In this document: positions 28,479-37,429 of the stretch, piece after piece
Numbering within the stretch: the stretch's first letter is position 1
How the letters are laid out: every line of letters starts with the position of its first letter
Assembly (NCBI GenBank): GCA_963677395.2
Contig: OY781965.2
Span: 1,022,330 to 1,086,329 of the forward strand
Source: Bacteroidales bacterium
GTDB lineage: Bacteria; Bacteroidota; Bacteroidia; Bacteroidales; G963667975
Direction of reading: 5' to 3'
DNA: 64,000 nucleotides
Translations under genes and position numbers: made by a program
The notes under the pieces: generated by a model
Databases searched by the model: none
What the model saw: only the letters and a program-made list of their open reading frames with translations
What the model was told of the DNA's origin: nothing

Positions 28479-28481
28479 ATC

Positions 28482-28931
28482 TTATTTTCCTTTGCCAAAT
28501 GAAATTTCATCAGATAGCTCGTTTACATCATTTTGTTGGTGTGGAAAATATTTTTTCAGATATGCGCCAGTTTCTTCGATAGCTTCGCATAATCCTTGTG
28601 AAAATCTATTTTCGCGAAAATGTGCTAACATTCCCATTTTTAATCGTTCCCAAAAATCTTCGGGGACGTTTTTGTTGATTTCTGTGTCGCCAATTACTGC
28701 AAATTTACGATTTCTGATGGCAAGATAAAACAAAACTCCGTTACGTTCCTGTGTGTTTATCATCCCAAGTTTATCAAAAATGTAAGCTGCACGGTCTAAA
28801 ACTTCACCAGAGCATATATTTTCTATGTGAACTCTGATTTCTCCCGAAGTATCAAGTTCGGCATTTTTTATTGCAAGTTTGATGTCTTCTTTCTCTTGTT
28901 GAGTAAAGAAATCTGCTGCATTTACATTCAT
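28482..28931 (-). CDS. TPM-domain protein (cytoplasmic-type, DUF477-like)
   Basis: 149 aa. FFTQQEKEDIKLAIKNAELDTSGEIRVHIE pattern. Ends 3 nt before the next gene. Confidence 0.75.
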   Translation of the reverse strand: MNVNAADFFTQQEKEDIKLAIKNAELDTSGEIRVHIENICSGEVLDRAAYIFDKLGMINTQERNGVLFYLAIRNRKFAVIGDTEINKNVPEDFWERLKMGMLAHFRENRFSQGLCEAIEETGAYLKKYFPHQQNDVNELSDEISFGKGK

Positions 28932-28950
28932 AGCATTCTTTTTTTTGTAA

Positions 28951-28987
28951 AAAAGACTGTCGGAGAACTTTCTGCCGACAGTCTTTC
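28951..28987 (-). terminator. Hairpin with a T-run between lemA and the TPM genes (internal terminator or attenuator candidate)
   Basis: 10-bp stem agactgtcgg/ccgacagtct, followed on the minus strand by tttttt. Lies 20 nt upstream of the TPM ATG (28931). Confidence 0.55.
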
Positions 28988-29015
28988 TGTTTTTCGTATT
29001 AACGATAGTTTTTGT

Positions 29016-29606
29016 TTAGAATTTTACTTCAGGAGCTTTTTCGCTGCCTTCACTGGATTTGAAGTAAGCTTTTTTCTCAAATCCAAACATTCCTGCAACT
29101 ATATTGCGGGGAAATTTGCGGATATTGGTGTTATACGTCTTAGCTACTTCATTGAATTTGTTACGTTCAACAGAAATTCTGTTTTCACTTCCTTCAATTT
29201 GTGACTGAAGTTCGAGAAAATTTTGAGTTGCTTTGAGTTCCGGATATTTTTCGACTACCAATAAAAGCTTCGACAGTGAAGAACCTAATTTATCCTGAGC
29301 TTGCTGAAATTTTTGCATTGAAGCTTCATCAAGTTTTGCTGGGTCAACTTTAACCTGTGTAGCCTGTGCACGGGCTTCTACGACAGCGGTAAGAGTTTGT
29401 TGTTCGAAATTGGCAACACCCTTTACTGTGCTTACAAGGTTAGGAATGAGATCTGCACGACGCTGATAAGCTGTTTCAACATTTGCCCACTGGCTGTTAA
29501 CGCCTTCTTCAGCACTAACCAGACCGTTATACATTCTGAATGGAGAGAAGATAAGAATTAAAACTACAACTCCTACGATTCCCCAAATAATCAGTTTTTT
29601 GTTCAT
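29016..29606 (-). CDS. lemA: LemA-family membrane protein
   Basis: 196 aa. N-terminal TM helix, then YNGLVSAEEGVNSQWANVETAYQRRADLIPNLV, the LemA signature as I remember it. Confidence 0.85.
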   Translation of the reverse strand: MNKKLIIWGIVGVVVLILIFSPFRMYNGLVSAEEGVNSQWANVETAYQRRADLIPNLVSTVKGVANFEQQTLTAVVEARAQATQVKVDPAKLDEASMQKFQQAQDKLGSSLSKLLLVVEKYPELKATQNFLELQSQIEGSENRISVERNKFNEVAKTYNTNIRKFPRNIVAGMFGFEKKAYFKSSEGSEKAPEVKF

Positions 29607-29647
29607 GTTTCTATTTGTTTAATTAGATGGTTTTTACAAAGATACAC

Positions 29648-31549
29648 TTATCCTTTGATAATGGTTACACTGCGACGGATAAAATCGGTGAGTGCTTCCC
29701 CTTTCAGTAAATTTTGTGAAAGCAGAGCAAGGTCGGTAAGTTGTTTAACCAGTTGATTTTGCTTTACTTCTTCTTTTTCAAGCAGGATTTCTGAGGTAAG
29801 CTTATGGTTTGTATTGATTACCAGATTGTATTGTTCAGGCATTTCGCCCATCCAGCTCATTCCCCCACCCATTGCTGACATTTCTTTCATACGACGCATA
29901 AATTCTGGTTGAGTAATAAGAAATGGTTGATCGGTTTCGCTGAGATTTTCAAAAATCACAGAATAGCGCTTACCATCAATTGTTTTTTCTATGATTTCTT
30001 TTACCTGTTTTTTTTCATCATCAGAAAGTTTAGATGGCAACATTTCTTCTTTTTCGATTAGCTTATCAACTACATCTGCATCAACACGTACAAACGATGA
30101 GTTTTCGAGTTTACGTTCAAGCATATTGATGAAATGACTGTCGAGTACACTGTCCATCAACAAAACATCATATCCTTTTTCAATGGCATTGCTGATGTAG
30201 CTGTGTTGCTCTTCGTTGTTGTTTGCATAAAGATAAACCAGTTTTTTATTTTTATCGGTATGAATGGCTTCGATATGATTTTTGTACTCTTCGAAGGTGA
30301 AATATTTGCCAGACGTGTTTTTCAGCAAGCAAAATTTCTCGGCACGTTCGTAAAATTTTTCATCGCTGATCATTCCATACTGGATGAAAATCTTGATATC
30401 ATCCCATTTCTTTTCAAACTCATCGCGGTTGTTTTTGAAAATATCTTCAAGCTTATCAGCGACTTTTTTGGTAATGTGACCTGAGATTTTCTTTACATTT
30501 CCATCACTTTGTAAATAACTGCGCGAAACGTTCAACGGAATGTCTGGAGAATCAATTACGCCATGCAGAAGTGTCAAAAAGTCAGGAACAATACCTTCAA
30601 CCGAATCGGTGACGAATACCTGATTGCAGTAAAGCTGAATTTTGTCGCGGGTAACTTCAAAATTACGTTTTACTTTTGGAAAATAAAGAATTCCGGTGAG
30701 GTTAAATGGATAGTCAACGTTGAGATGAATGTAGAACAAAGGTTCGTCAAAATTCATCGGATAGAGTTCTCGGTAGAAGTTTTTGTAATCTTCATCGCTG
30801 AGTTCGGCTGGTTTTTGTTTCCAAAGAGGATCTGTATTATTTATAATTCTGGGATGTTCAACTTCAACTCTTTTTTCGTTGCCATCCTGGTCTTTTTCAC
30901 CTTCAACAGTTTCCCATGTCTTTTCGTTACCAAAACGAATAGGAACCGGAAGAAACTTACAATATTTTTTCAGAAGATCTAAAATACGTGATTCTTCTAA
31001 AAATTCTTCCGAATCTTCTGCAATGTGAAGCACGATATCGGTTCCACGGCTATCGCGTTTCGCACCTGAAAGTTCAAATTCCGGGCTTCCGTCGCAGCTC
31101 CATTTAATTGCTTTTGATTCTGCTTGATGAGATTTGGTGATAATATCAACTTTTTTAGAAACCATAAACGCGGAATAGAATCCCAGGCCAAAATGTCCGA
31201 TCAAAGCATTGATATCAGTATCACTTTTGCCTTTGTAAGTTGAAAGAAATTCTTCAGCCCCGGAAAACGCAATCTGATTGATGTACTTATCAATCTCTTC
31301 AGCAGTCATGCCCACACCTTTATCACTAATAGTAAGTGTTTTTTTCTTTTTATCTAGGTTGATTTCGATAGTTACATCACCCAATTCGCCTTGATACTGA
31401 CCCATGGATGATAACATTTTGAGTTTCTGAGTTGCATCAACAGCATTTGAAACTAATTCGCGGAGAAAGATTTCATGGTCAGAATAGAGAAACTTTTTAA
31501 TAATTGGGAAAATGTTCTCTGTTTTAACGTTGATGTTGCCTTTTTGCAT
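29648..31549 (-). CDS. htpG: Molecular chaperone HtpG (Hsp90)
   Basis: 633 aa. N-terminal GHKL ATPase motifs (FLRELVSNAVDA, GHFGLGFYSAFMV). Confidence 0.92.
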   Translation of the reverse strand: MQKGNINVKTENIFPIIKKFLYSDHEIFLRELVSNAVDATQKLKMLSSMGQYQGELGDVTIEINLDKKKKTLTISDKGVGMTAEEIDKYINQIAFSGAEEFLSTYKGKSDTDINALIGHFGLGFYSAFMVSKKVDIITKSHQAESKAIKWSCDGSPEFELSGAKRDSRGTDIVLHIAEDSEEFLEESRILDLLKKYCKFLPVPIRFGNEKTWETVEGEKDQDGNEKRVEVEHPRIINNTDPLWKQKPAELSDEDYKNFYRELYPMNFDEPLFYIHLNVDYPFNLTGILYFPKVKRNFEVTRDKIQLYCNQVFVTDSVEGIVPDFLTLLHGVIDSPDIPLNVSRSYLQSDGNVKKISGHITKKVADKLEDIFKNNRDEFEKKWDDIKIFIQYGMISDEKFYERAEKFCLLKNTSGKYFTFEEYKNHIEAIHTDKNKKLVYLYANNNEEQHSYISNAIEKGYDVLLMDSVLDSHFINMLERKLENSSFVRVDADVVDKLIEKEEMLPSKLSDDEKKQVKEIIEKTIDGKRYSVIFENLSETDQPFLITQPEFMRRMKEMSAMGGGMSWMGEMPEQYNLVINTNHKLTSEILLEKEEVKQNQLVKQLTDLALLSQNLLKGEALTDFIRRSVTIIKG

Positions 31550-31677
31550 AGTATTTTTTGATTTTGATTTTTAGTTTGACATTCGCTGCATATCAAAGCG
31601 TATGCCATAGATGGGAACTGACAAAATGGCTGGTTTTCTTTCATGGAATTGAAAACATCGGCGATATGATTTATTGT

Positions 31678-31685
31678 TAACTTTG
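31678..31685 (+). promoter_or_regulatory. -7 promoter box (TAACTTTG) for the GH3 gene
   Basis: TAnnTTTG, 18 nt upstream of the ATG at 31703. Confidence 0.45.
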
Positions 31686-31702
31686 CCTGAAATTAGTAAT
31701 CA

Positions 31703-33232
31703 ATGGCACTCATCAACTCCTTTATTTCCTGGCTGATGAAAAAACGAATTCATCAGATTGAACTTTTTATGAAGTACCCACATGAAGTACAACTTGAATG
31801 GTTTCGAAAGTTGATGAGCTCGGCATCCGATACAGAATGGGGACTCAAATATGGCTATGGCTCTATTTTAACTCCTGAGCAATTTAAAGAGCGAGTTCCT
31901 GTTAATGATTACAACTCACTGAAACCATACATTGAACGACTACGTCATGGTGAACAAAATTTGTTGTGGAATTCGGAAATAAAATGGTTTGCTAAATCAT
32001 CAGGCACAACCAATGATAAAAGCAAGTTCATTCCTGTAAGTCAGGAAGCATTGGAAGAATGTCATTTTAAAGGTGGAAAAGATTTATTATCGATATATTT
32101 GCATAATAACCCTGATAGTCAATTGTTTGATGGGAAAGGTCTGGCCTTGGGAGGAAGCCATAGAATTAGTGAATTTAATAACGATTCATATTATGGCGAT
32201 TTATCTGCAATTATTATACAAAACTTACCATTTTGGGCTGAGTTTTCACGAGTTCCAACCCGTAAAATAGCTTTATTAGATGAGTGGGAAACCAAGATTG
32301 AGCAAATGGCTCGCGCAACCATTGAAGATGATGTTACAAGTATTTCGGGTGTGCCATCGTGGACATTGCTTTTGTTAAAACGTATTTTGGAAATAACCGA
32401 AAAAACAGATATTTCTGAAGTTTGGCCCAATCTTGAATTATATTTTCACGGCGGGGTAAGCTTTACGCCTTATCGTGAGCAATTCAAAAGCATAATTCAT
32501 TCTCCTAAGATGAATTATGTAGAAACCTATAATGCTACGGAAGGTTTTTTTGGTATTCAGGATTCTCCCGAAAGAAATGATATGTTGTTGATGCTCGACT
32601 ATGGAATTTACTATGAATTTCTTCCAATGGAATATATTGATGATGAGCATCCTGCAACACTAACTCTTGAGCAGGTAGAACTGGATAAAAATTATGCATT
32701 GGTTATTTCTACCAATGGCGGATTATGGCGCTATTTAATTGGTGATACAGTGCGATTTACGTGTATCTCTCCTTATCGAATTCAAATTACCGGCAGAACC
32801 AAAACTTTTATTAATGCCTTTGGAGAAGAACTGATTGAAGAAAATGCAAGGCAGGCACTCGCTGTTGCATGTGAAAAAACGGGAGCAATTGTAAATGAAT
32901 ATACGGCTGCTCCGGTATTTATTGAAAATGGAAAACAGGCGTGCCACGAATGGATCGTTGAATTCGAAAAAATGCCTGAAAATCGAGGTTTTTTTATTGA
33001 AACACTGGATAATGCATTAAAGTCACTTAACTCTGATTATGAGGCTAAACGATATAAAAATATCTTACTCAAAGAACCGATTGTTCACTTTGCGCTACCA
33101 ATGACTTTTTATAACTGGATGAAAAAGAGAAATAAGCTGGGTGGGCAAAATAAGGTGCCGCGTTTATCTAATGATAGAAAGTATGTAGAAGAGATTCTTT
33201 TGTGCATGATAGATAAGCTTAAAAATGGTTAA
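31703..33232 (+). CDS. GH3-family (auxin-responsive promoter family) adenylate-forming acyl-acid amido synthetase homolog
   Basis: 509 aa. WFAKSSGTTNDKSKFIPVS adenylation motif and a colinear GH3 pattern, typical of Bacteroidota GH3 proteins (from memory). Confidence 0.8.
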   Translation: MALINSFISWLMKKRIHQIELFMKYPHEVQLEWFRKLMSSASDTEWGLKYGYGSILTPEQFKERVPVNDYNSLKPYIERLRHGEQNLLWNSEIKWFAKSSGTTNDKSKFIPVSQEALEECHFKGGKDLLSIYLHNNPDSQLFDGKGLALGGSHRISEFNNDSYYGDLSAIIIQNLPFWAEFSRVPTRKIALLDEWETKIEQMARATIEDDVTSISGVPSWTLLLLKRILEITEKTDISEVWPNLELYFHGGVSFTPYREQFKSIIHSPKMNYVETYNATEGFFGIQDSPERNDMLLMLDYGIYYEFLPMEYIDDEHPATLTLEQVELDKNYALVISTNGGLWRYLIGDTVRFTCISPYRIQITGRTKTFINAFGEELIEENARQALAVACEKTGAIVNEYTAAPVFIENGKQACHEWIVEFEKMPENRGFFIETLDNALKSLNSDYEAKRYKNILLKEPIVHFALPMTFYNWMKKRNKLGGQNKVPRLSNDRKYVEEILLCMIDKLKNG

Positions 33233-33259
33233 TTTACTATTGCTTCTTCTATAATTGCC

Positions 33260-33267
33260 TATCTTTG
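33260..33267 (+). promoter_or_regulatory. -7 promoter box (TATCTTTG) for the DAK2-DegV gene
   Basis: TAnnTTTG, 29 nt before the ATG at 33296 and 62 nt before the ATG at 33329. Confidence 0.4.
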
Positions 33268-33328
33268 TGCCGAATTTTAACCTTGTAAAAAATGAATGTT
33301 TATACAAGGTAAAGACTTAATTTTCAAA

Positions 33329-35125
33329 ATGAATTACGAAACTCCAATTACCCATTTAAATGGGAAAAATTTGTATTATACCTTTCTGGCCGGTTTCAAA
33401 CGTTTACTTGAAAATCAGAAAGAAATCAATGATTTAAATGTATTTCCTGTTCCTGATGCAGATACTGGAACTAATTTAGCTTCAACATTGCAAGCAGTAA
33501 TTGATAATGTAATTCCGGAACATAATATTAAGCTTACTTCAACCGCAATGGCTGATGCAGCTTTGATTGGAGCACGTGGTAATTCGGGAATTATTATGGC
33601 TCAGTTCCTTTATGGTTTTTCAAATGAGTTAGCGAATGAATCGTTAATAACGATAAAACAATTTGCCCAGGCACTCATGAAAGCAGTTGATTATATGTAT
33701 CAGTCTGTTGCAAATCCGGTTGAAGGAACAATCCTTACTGTTTTGCGAGAATGGGCGGAGTTTATCTTTAATCTTAAAGATAAGACGGAAGATTTCATCG
33801 ACTTGATGAATCAATCATATAATAAGGCATTAGAATCTCTTTCATCAACTCGTGAAAGGCTTGAGATATTAACCAGAAAGAATGTTGTAGATGCTGGTGC
33901 TCAGGGTTTTGTTTATTTCCTTGAAGGAATGATTTCTTTTTTCAAGGATTTAAAACTTAAAACCCTTGCCGGTACGCGTCAGAAAGTTGTTTCGGAGTTA
34001 GAAACTTCAGATATGCACGAGGAAATAACCTATCGTTATTGTACTGAAGCATTGCTTGATGGGAAGGATCTTAATCGTCAGGAAATGCTTGATAAACTTA
34101 AACGCTTTGGCGATTCTATTGTAGTAGCAGGATCCTCAAAACGTATGAGAGTTCATGTTCATACCGATCATCCTGATCAGGTATTTGAAATGTTGGGGGA
34201 AGTAGGAAACTTTTCATTGCCCAAAGTGGATGATATGCAGCTTCAATATGATATTAGCCATTTTAGAAAAAATAAAATAGGGTTGATTGTAGACTCATGT
34301 TCTGATATTCCACGAGCTATACGAGATGAACGCCAGATTATGATGATTCCTTTGGTTTTGAATGTTGGGAAACGTCAGTTTTTAGATCAAATAACGATTA
34401 ACCCTTCTGTATTTTATAAGTATCTTGAAGGAGATGAGTATCCAACAACATCACAGCCTTCTTACCGTGAGTTTGTTGCCAGATACTCTTATCTGGCAAG
34501 TCATTATGATTCTGTAATTTCTGTAAGTATTTCATCAGGGTTAAGTGGAACGTATAAAAATAGTTTTGATGCTGCAAAACAGGTTTCACAAAATGTTGTG
34601 AAACCAATCACTGTAGTTGATAGTAAAGCCTGTGCTGGTTCATTTGGATTGCTGGTTTTGAGAATTTCAGATGCAATTGAACAGGGTATGTCGTATGATG
34701 AAATCTTAAAGAAAATAGAAGAGTGGAAGCCAAAAAGTAAAATATATGTTGGGGTAAGAACTTTGAAATATTTTGTGAAAGGTGGACGCATAAGCCCTCT
34801 TAAAGGACTGATCGCTAAATTGATAAACCTAAAGCCTATCGTTTCAATGGAAGATGGAAACGGAATTATTTTTGGAAAAGCATTCAGTAGGAAATCAAAT
34901 ATAAAAAAAATATTAAATCTCTTTAAGGCCGATTTTCGGAAAAATGGCATACATAGTTATTGCGTTTCTTATTCAAATATTGAAGAAGAGAAAAATGCAA
35001 TAGCCGTAGCTATAGAAATGGAGAAAATTTGCGGGAAAGCCCCTCTGTACATTTCTCCAATTACCCCTGTTTTAGGAGTGAATGCAGGAATTGGAACAGT
35101 TGCTGTTTCGTATCAAATACAATAA
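33329..35125 (+). CDS. DAK2 (DhaL-like) domain fused to a DegV fatty-acid-binding domain
   Basis: N-terminal NVFPVPDADTGTNL and GARGNSG (Dak2). The C-terminal domain starts IGLIVDSCSDIP (DegV). The start could also be 33296. Confidence 0.8.
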   Translation: MNYETPITHLNGKNLYYTFLAGFKRLLENQKEINDLNVFPVPDADTGTNLASTLQAVIDNVIPEHNIKLTSTAMADAALIGARGNSGIIMAQFLYGFSNELANESLITIKQFAQALMKAVDYMYQSVANPVEGTILTVLREWAEFIFNLKDKTEDFIDLMNQSYNKALESLSSTRERLEILTRKNVVDAGAQGFVYFLEGMISFFKDLKLKTLAGTRQKVVSELETSDMHEEITYRYCTEALLDGKDLNRQEMLDKLKRFGDSIVVAGSSKRMRVHVHTDHPDQVFEMLGEVGNFSLPKVDDMQLQYDISHFRKNKIGLIVDSCSDIPRAIRDERQIMMIPLVLNVGKRQFLDQITINPSVFYKYLEGDEYPTTSQPSYREFVARYSYLASHYDSVISVSISSGLSGTYKNSFDAAKQVSQNVVKPITVVDSKACAGSFGLLVLRISDAIEQGMSYDEILKKIEEWKPKSKIYVGVRTLKYFVKGGRISPLKGLIAKLINLKPIVSMEDGNGIIFGKAFSRKSNIKKILNLFKADFRKNGIHSYCVSYSNIEEEKNAIAVAIEMEKICGKAPLYISPITPVLGVNAGIGTVAVSYQIQ

Positions 35126-35506
35126 ACGTTGACAGCGGTTATTCCTGAATCAACATTTTTTGTATTTTTATACATAAATCTGATTTTTCGAAGGTAATTT
35201 TATTGTGGATATAGCTTAGGTATCGGTTTTATTATTCAGATACTCAGTTTTGTGGCGAATAATTTGCTGTTTTTTCAGAACGATCAGTGACGTATTTGAT
35301 TTAGTTAGATTATTCGGATATTCAGGTGCTTATATTTTTGACAACATGCAAAACGTATTTGTTTTATTTAGTCCACTGGCAATAACATTATTGCTTTGTT
35401 GTATTTTTGGTGTTCAATACATGAGGGAATATATGAAACTTATCTAGATTTTCTTGGGTATTTGCAAAGAACACTTGTGTTTTTTCATAGTTTCCAAAAA
35501 AGTAAT

Positions 35507-35980
35507 TTATTCGTTGTGGTAAGGCTCATTTCGAAGAATTGTCATGGCTCGATAAAGTTGTTCTATAAAAAGTAAACGAATCATTTGGTGTGAAAATGTC
35601 ATATCCGAGAGAGCAATTTTAAAATGAGCTTTTTCATAAATTTCATCACTAAATCCAAATGCGCCACCAATGATAAACATCAGAGTCTTTTTTCCACTGT
35701 TAAACTGCTTTTGTAAATAATCCGCAAAAGCTACTGACCGGAATTTTTTTCCATGTTCATCCAGTAAAATAACATAATCCACTTTTGCCATTTGCTCAAG
35801 AATCAACTTTGCTTCTCCTTGCTTTACCTGTTCAGGCTTTAGATTTTTGCTGTTTTTTAAGTTGGGAAGGGTGATAACATCAACATTGATATATTTACGT
35901 AACCGATTCTCATACTCTTCAATTCCAGTCTGAAGAAATTTTTCTTCCGTTTTGCCTATTTGTAAAATCTTGATATTCAT
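35507..35980 (-). CDS. rlmH: 23S rRNA (pseudouridine1915-N3)-methyltransferase
   Basis: 157 aa SPOUT family (LDEHGK, FIIGGAFGFS, SHQMIRLLFIEQLYRA). Confidence 0.88.
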   Translation of the reverse strand: MNIKILQIGKTEEKFLQTGIEEYENRLRKYINVDVITLPNLKNSKNLKPEQVKQGEAKLILEQMAKVDYVILLDEHGKKFRSVAFADYLQKQFNSGKKTLMFIIGGAFGFSDEIYEKAHFKIALSDMTFSHQMIRLLFIEQLYRAMTILRNEPYHNE

Positions 35981-36041
35981 CGATTAAAATTTTATTGTCA
36001 ATATTTATTTGCAAAAAATGAAGAAGGCAGTTTTATTTTTC

Positions 36042-36049
36042 TAAATTTG
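36042..36049 (+). promoter_or_regulatory. -7 promoter box (TAAATTTG) upstream of the DUF4783-nadC genes
   Basis: TAnnTTTG, 127 nt upstream of the ATG at 36176. Confidence 0.3.
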
Positions 36050-36175
36050 CAAAGGTCTGTCAATTTAAAATATGTTTGGCAGGTAATTTGCATATTATAA
36101 AGGCTCTGATTTAGTTTGTGCTAAGTTAGAGTTGATAGTGAAATTATTGATTGAGGAAATAAAATATAAAAATAG

Positions 36176-36583
36176 ATGAAAACCTTGGTTTTTTTATGGT
36201 TAGCTGTAATTATAGCACCATTCAGAACATTGGAACCAACGCCTGATCAGGCATCTGCTGAGTTTTCAAAGAAGATTACTGAAGCAATTCGAAAGGGAAA
36301 TTCGAGCGAACTGAGCAGCTATTTTGCATCAACAATTGATTTAACGGTTCCTGGTAAAGAAGGTTCATTCAGTAAGGCTCAGGCAGAGCAAATTGTGAAA
36401 GATTTTTTTACACAAAATCCACCTAAATCATTTACAATTAAGCATAATGGATCCTCTAATGATGGATCTCAGTATAGTGTAGGTACTTATATTACAGCAA
36501 AAAGTGCCTACCGAAGTTATTTTCTGATAAAAAATGTATCAGGTAAATTTTATCTTTTACAACTTCAATTCGAACTGGATTAA
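36176..36583 (+). CDS. DUF4783-like secreted protein
   Basis: 135 aa with a signal peptide. The SKAQAEQIVKDFFTQNPPKSF pattern matches my memory of DUF4783. Lies immediately upstream of nadC. Confidence 0.55.
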   Translation: MKTLVFLWLAVIIAPFRTLEPTPDQASAEFSKKITEAIRKGNSSELSSYFASTIDLTVPGKEGSFSKAQAEQIVKDFFTQNPPKSFTIKHNGSSNDGSQYSVGTYITAKSAYRSYFLIKNVSGKFYLLQLQFELD

Positions 36584-36586
36584 AAT

Positions 36587-37423
36587 ATGTTAACATTAGA
36601 TCAGATTATTGATTTCGCCCTTCAGGAAGATATTGGAGATGGCGATCATACTTCATTGTCGTGTATACCATCTGATGCAAAAGGAAAAGCACACTTATTG
36701 GTGAAAGAGCCTGGAGTAATTGCCGGAATTGATGTTGCCTGCAAGGTTTTTGGAAAAGTGGATCCTGCGGTTAGGTTTACAGCATTTTTGAAGGATGGTG
36801 ATAAAGTAAAGAAAGGAGATATCGCTTTTGAAGTAGAAGGTTCTTCCATCTCTTTACTCTCTTCGGAACGATTGTCGTTGAATTTTATGCAACGCATGAG
36901 TGGGATTGCTACTTACACAAGTAAGCTTGTCGGTTTAATAGAAGGCACTTCAACTCGATTACTCGATACCCGAAAAACCACTCCGAACATGCGGCTACTT
37001 GAAAAACTTGCCGTAAAAATTGGTGGTGGCGAAAATCATCGGTTTGGCTTGTTTGATATGATTATGATCAAAGATAATCATGTTGATTTTGCAGGAGGAA
37101 TAGTCCCGGCGATTGAAGCTACATGCTATTATCTTAAATCAAAAAACAAAGACCTGAAAATTGAAATAGAAGTCCGGAACTTTGAAGAACTCCAGCAAGT
37201 ACTTAATTATGGAAAGGTTCATCGGATAATGCTCGATAATTTTACCCCTGAAAATCTGTCCAAAGCAGTGAAAATAATAGATCATCGTTACGAAACAGAG
37301 GCTTCAGGAGGAATAACTGAAGATACCATCCGTTCCTATGCCAAAACGGGCGTTGACTTTATATCTGTAGGAGCACTGACTCATCAGATTAAAAGCCTTG
37401 ATTTGAGCTTGAAAGCAGTGTGA
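36587..37423 (+). CDS. nadC: Nicotinate-nucleotide pyrophosphorylase (carboxylating)
   Basis: 278 aa. DIGDGDHTS, LDTRKTTP, IMIKDNH, SGGI motifs. Confidence 0.9.
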   Translation: MLTLDQIIDFALQEDIGDGDHTSLSCIPSDAKGKAHLLVKEPGVIAGIDVACKVFGKVDPAVRFTAFLKDGDKVKKGDIAFEVEGSSISLLSSERLSLNFMQRMSGIATYTSKLVGLIEGTSTRLLDTRKTTPNMRLLEKLAVKIGGGENHRFGLFDMIMIKDNHVDFAGGIVPAIEATCYYLKSKNKDLKIEIEVRNFEELQQVLNYGKVHRIMLDNFTPENLSKAVKIIDHRYETEASGGITEDTIRSYAKTGVDFISVGALTHQIKSLDLSLKAV

Positions 37424-37429
37424 ATTCAT

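Noticed and set aside
28285-28728. A 147-aa plus-strand ORF antisense to both TPM genes.
   Set aside because: It spans the junction of two well-supported minus-strand genes, has low-complexity composition and no promoter box. It is typical of shadow ORFs opposite real genes.
30134-30982. 116-aa and 139-aa plus-strand ORFs antisense to htpG.
   Set aside because: They are shadow ORFs within a highly conserved chaperone gene, with no independent signals.
34504-34950. A 148-aa minus-strand ORF antisense to the DegV domain.
   Set aside because: It is a shadow ORF with no motif and no promoter or terminator context.
35346-35447. A 33-aa hydrophobic ORF (MQNVFVLFSPLAITLLLCCIFGVQYMREYMKLI) in the 381-bp gap after the DAK2-DegV gene.
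   Set aside because: It has no promoter box, no operon context and no terminator, so it cannot be distinguished from chance in AT-rich DNA without conservation data.
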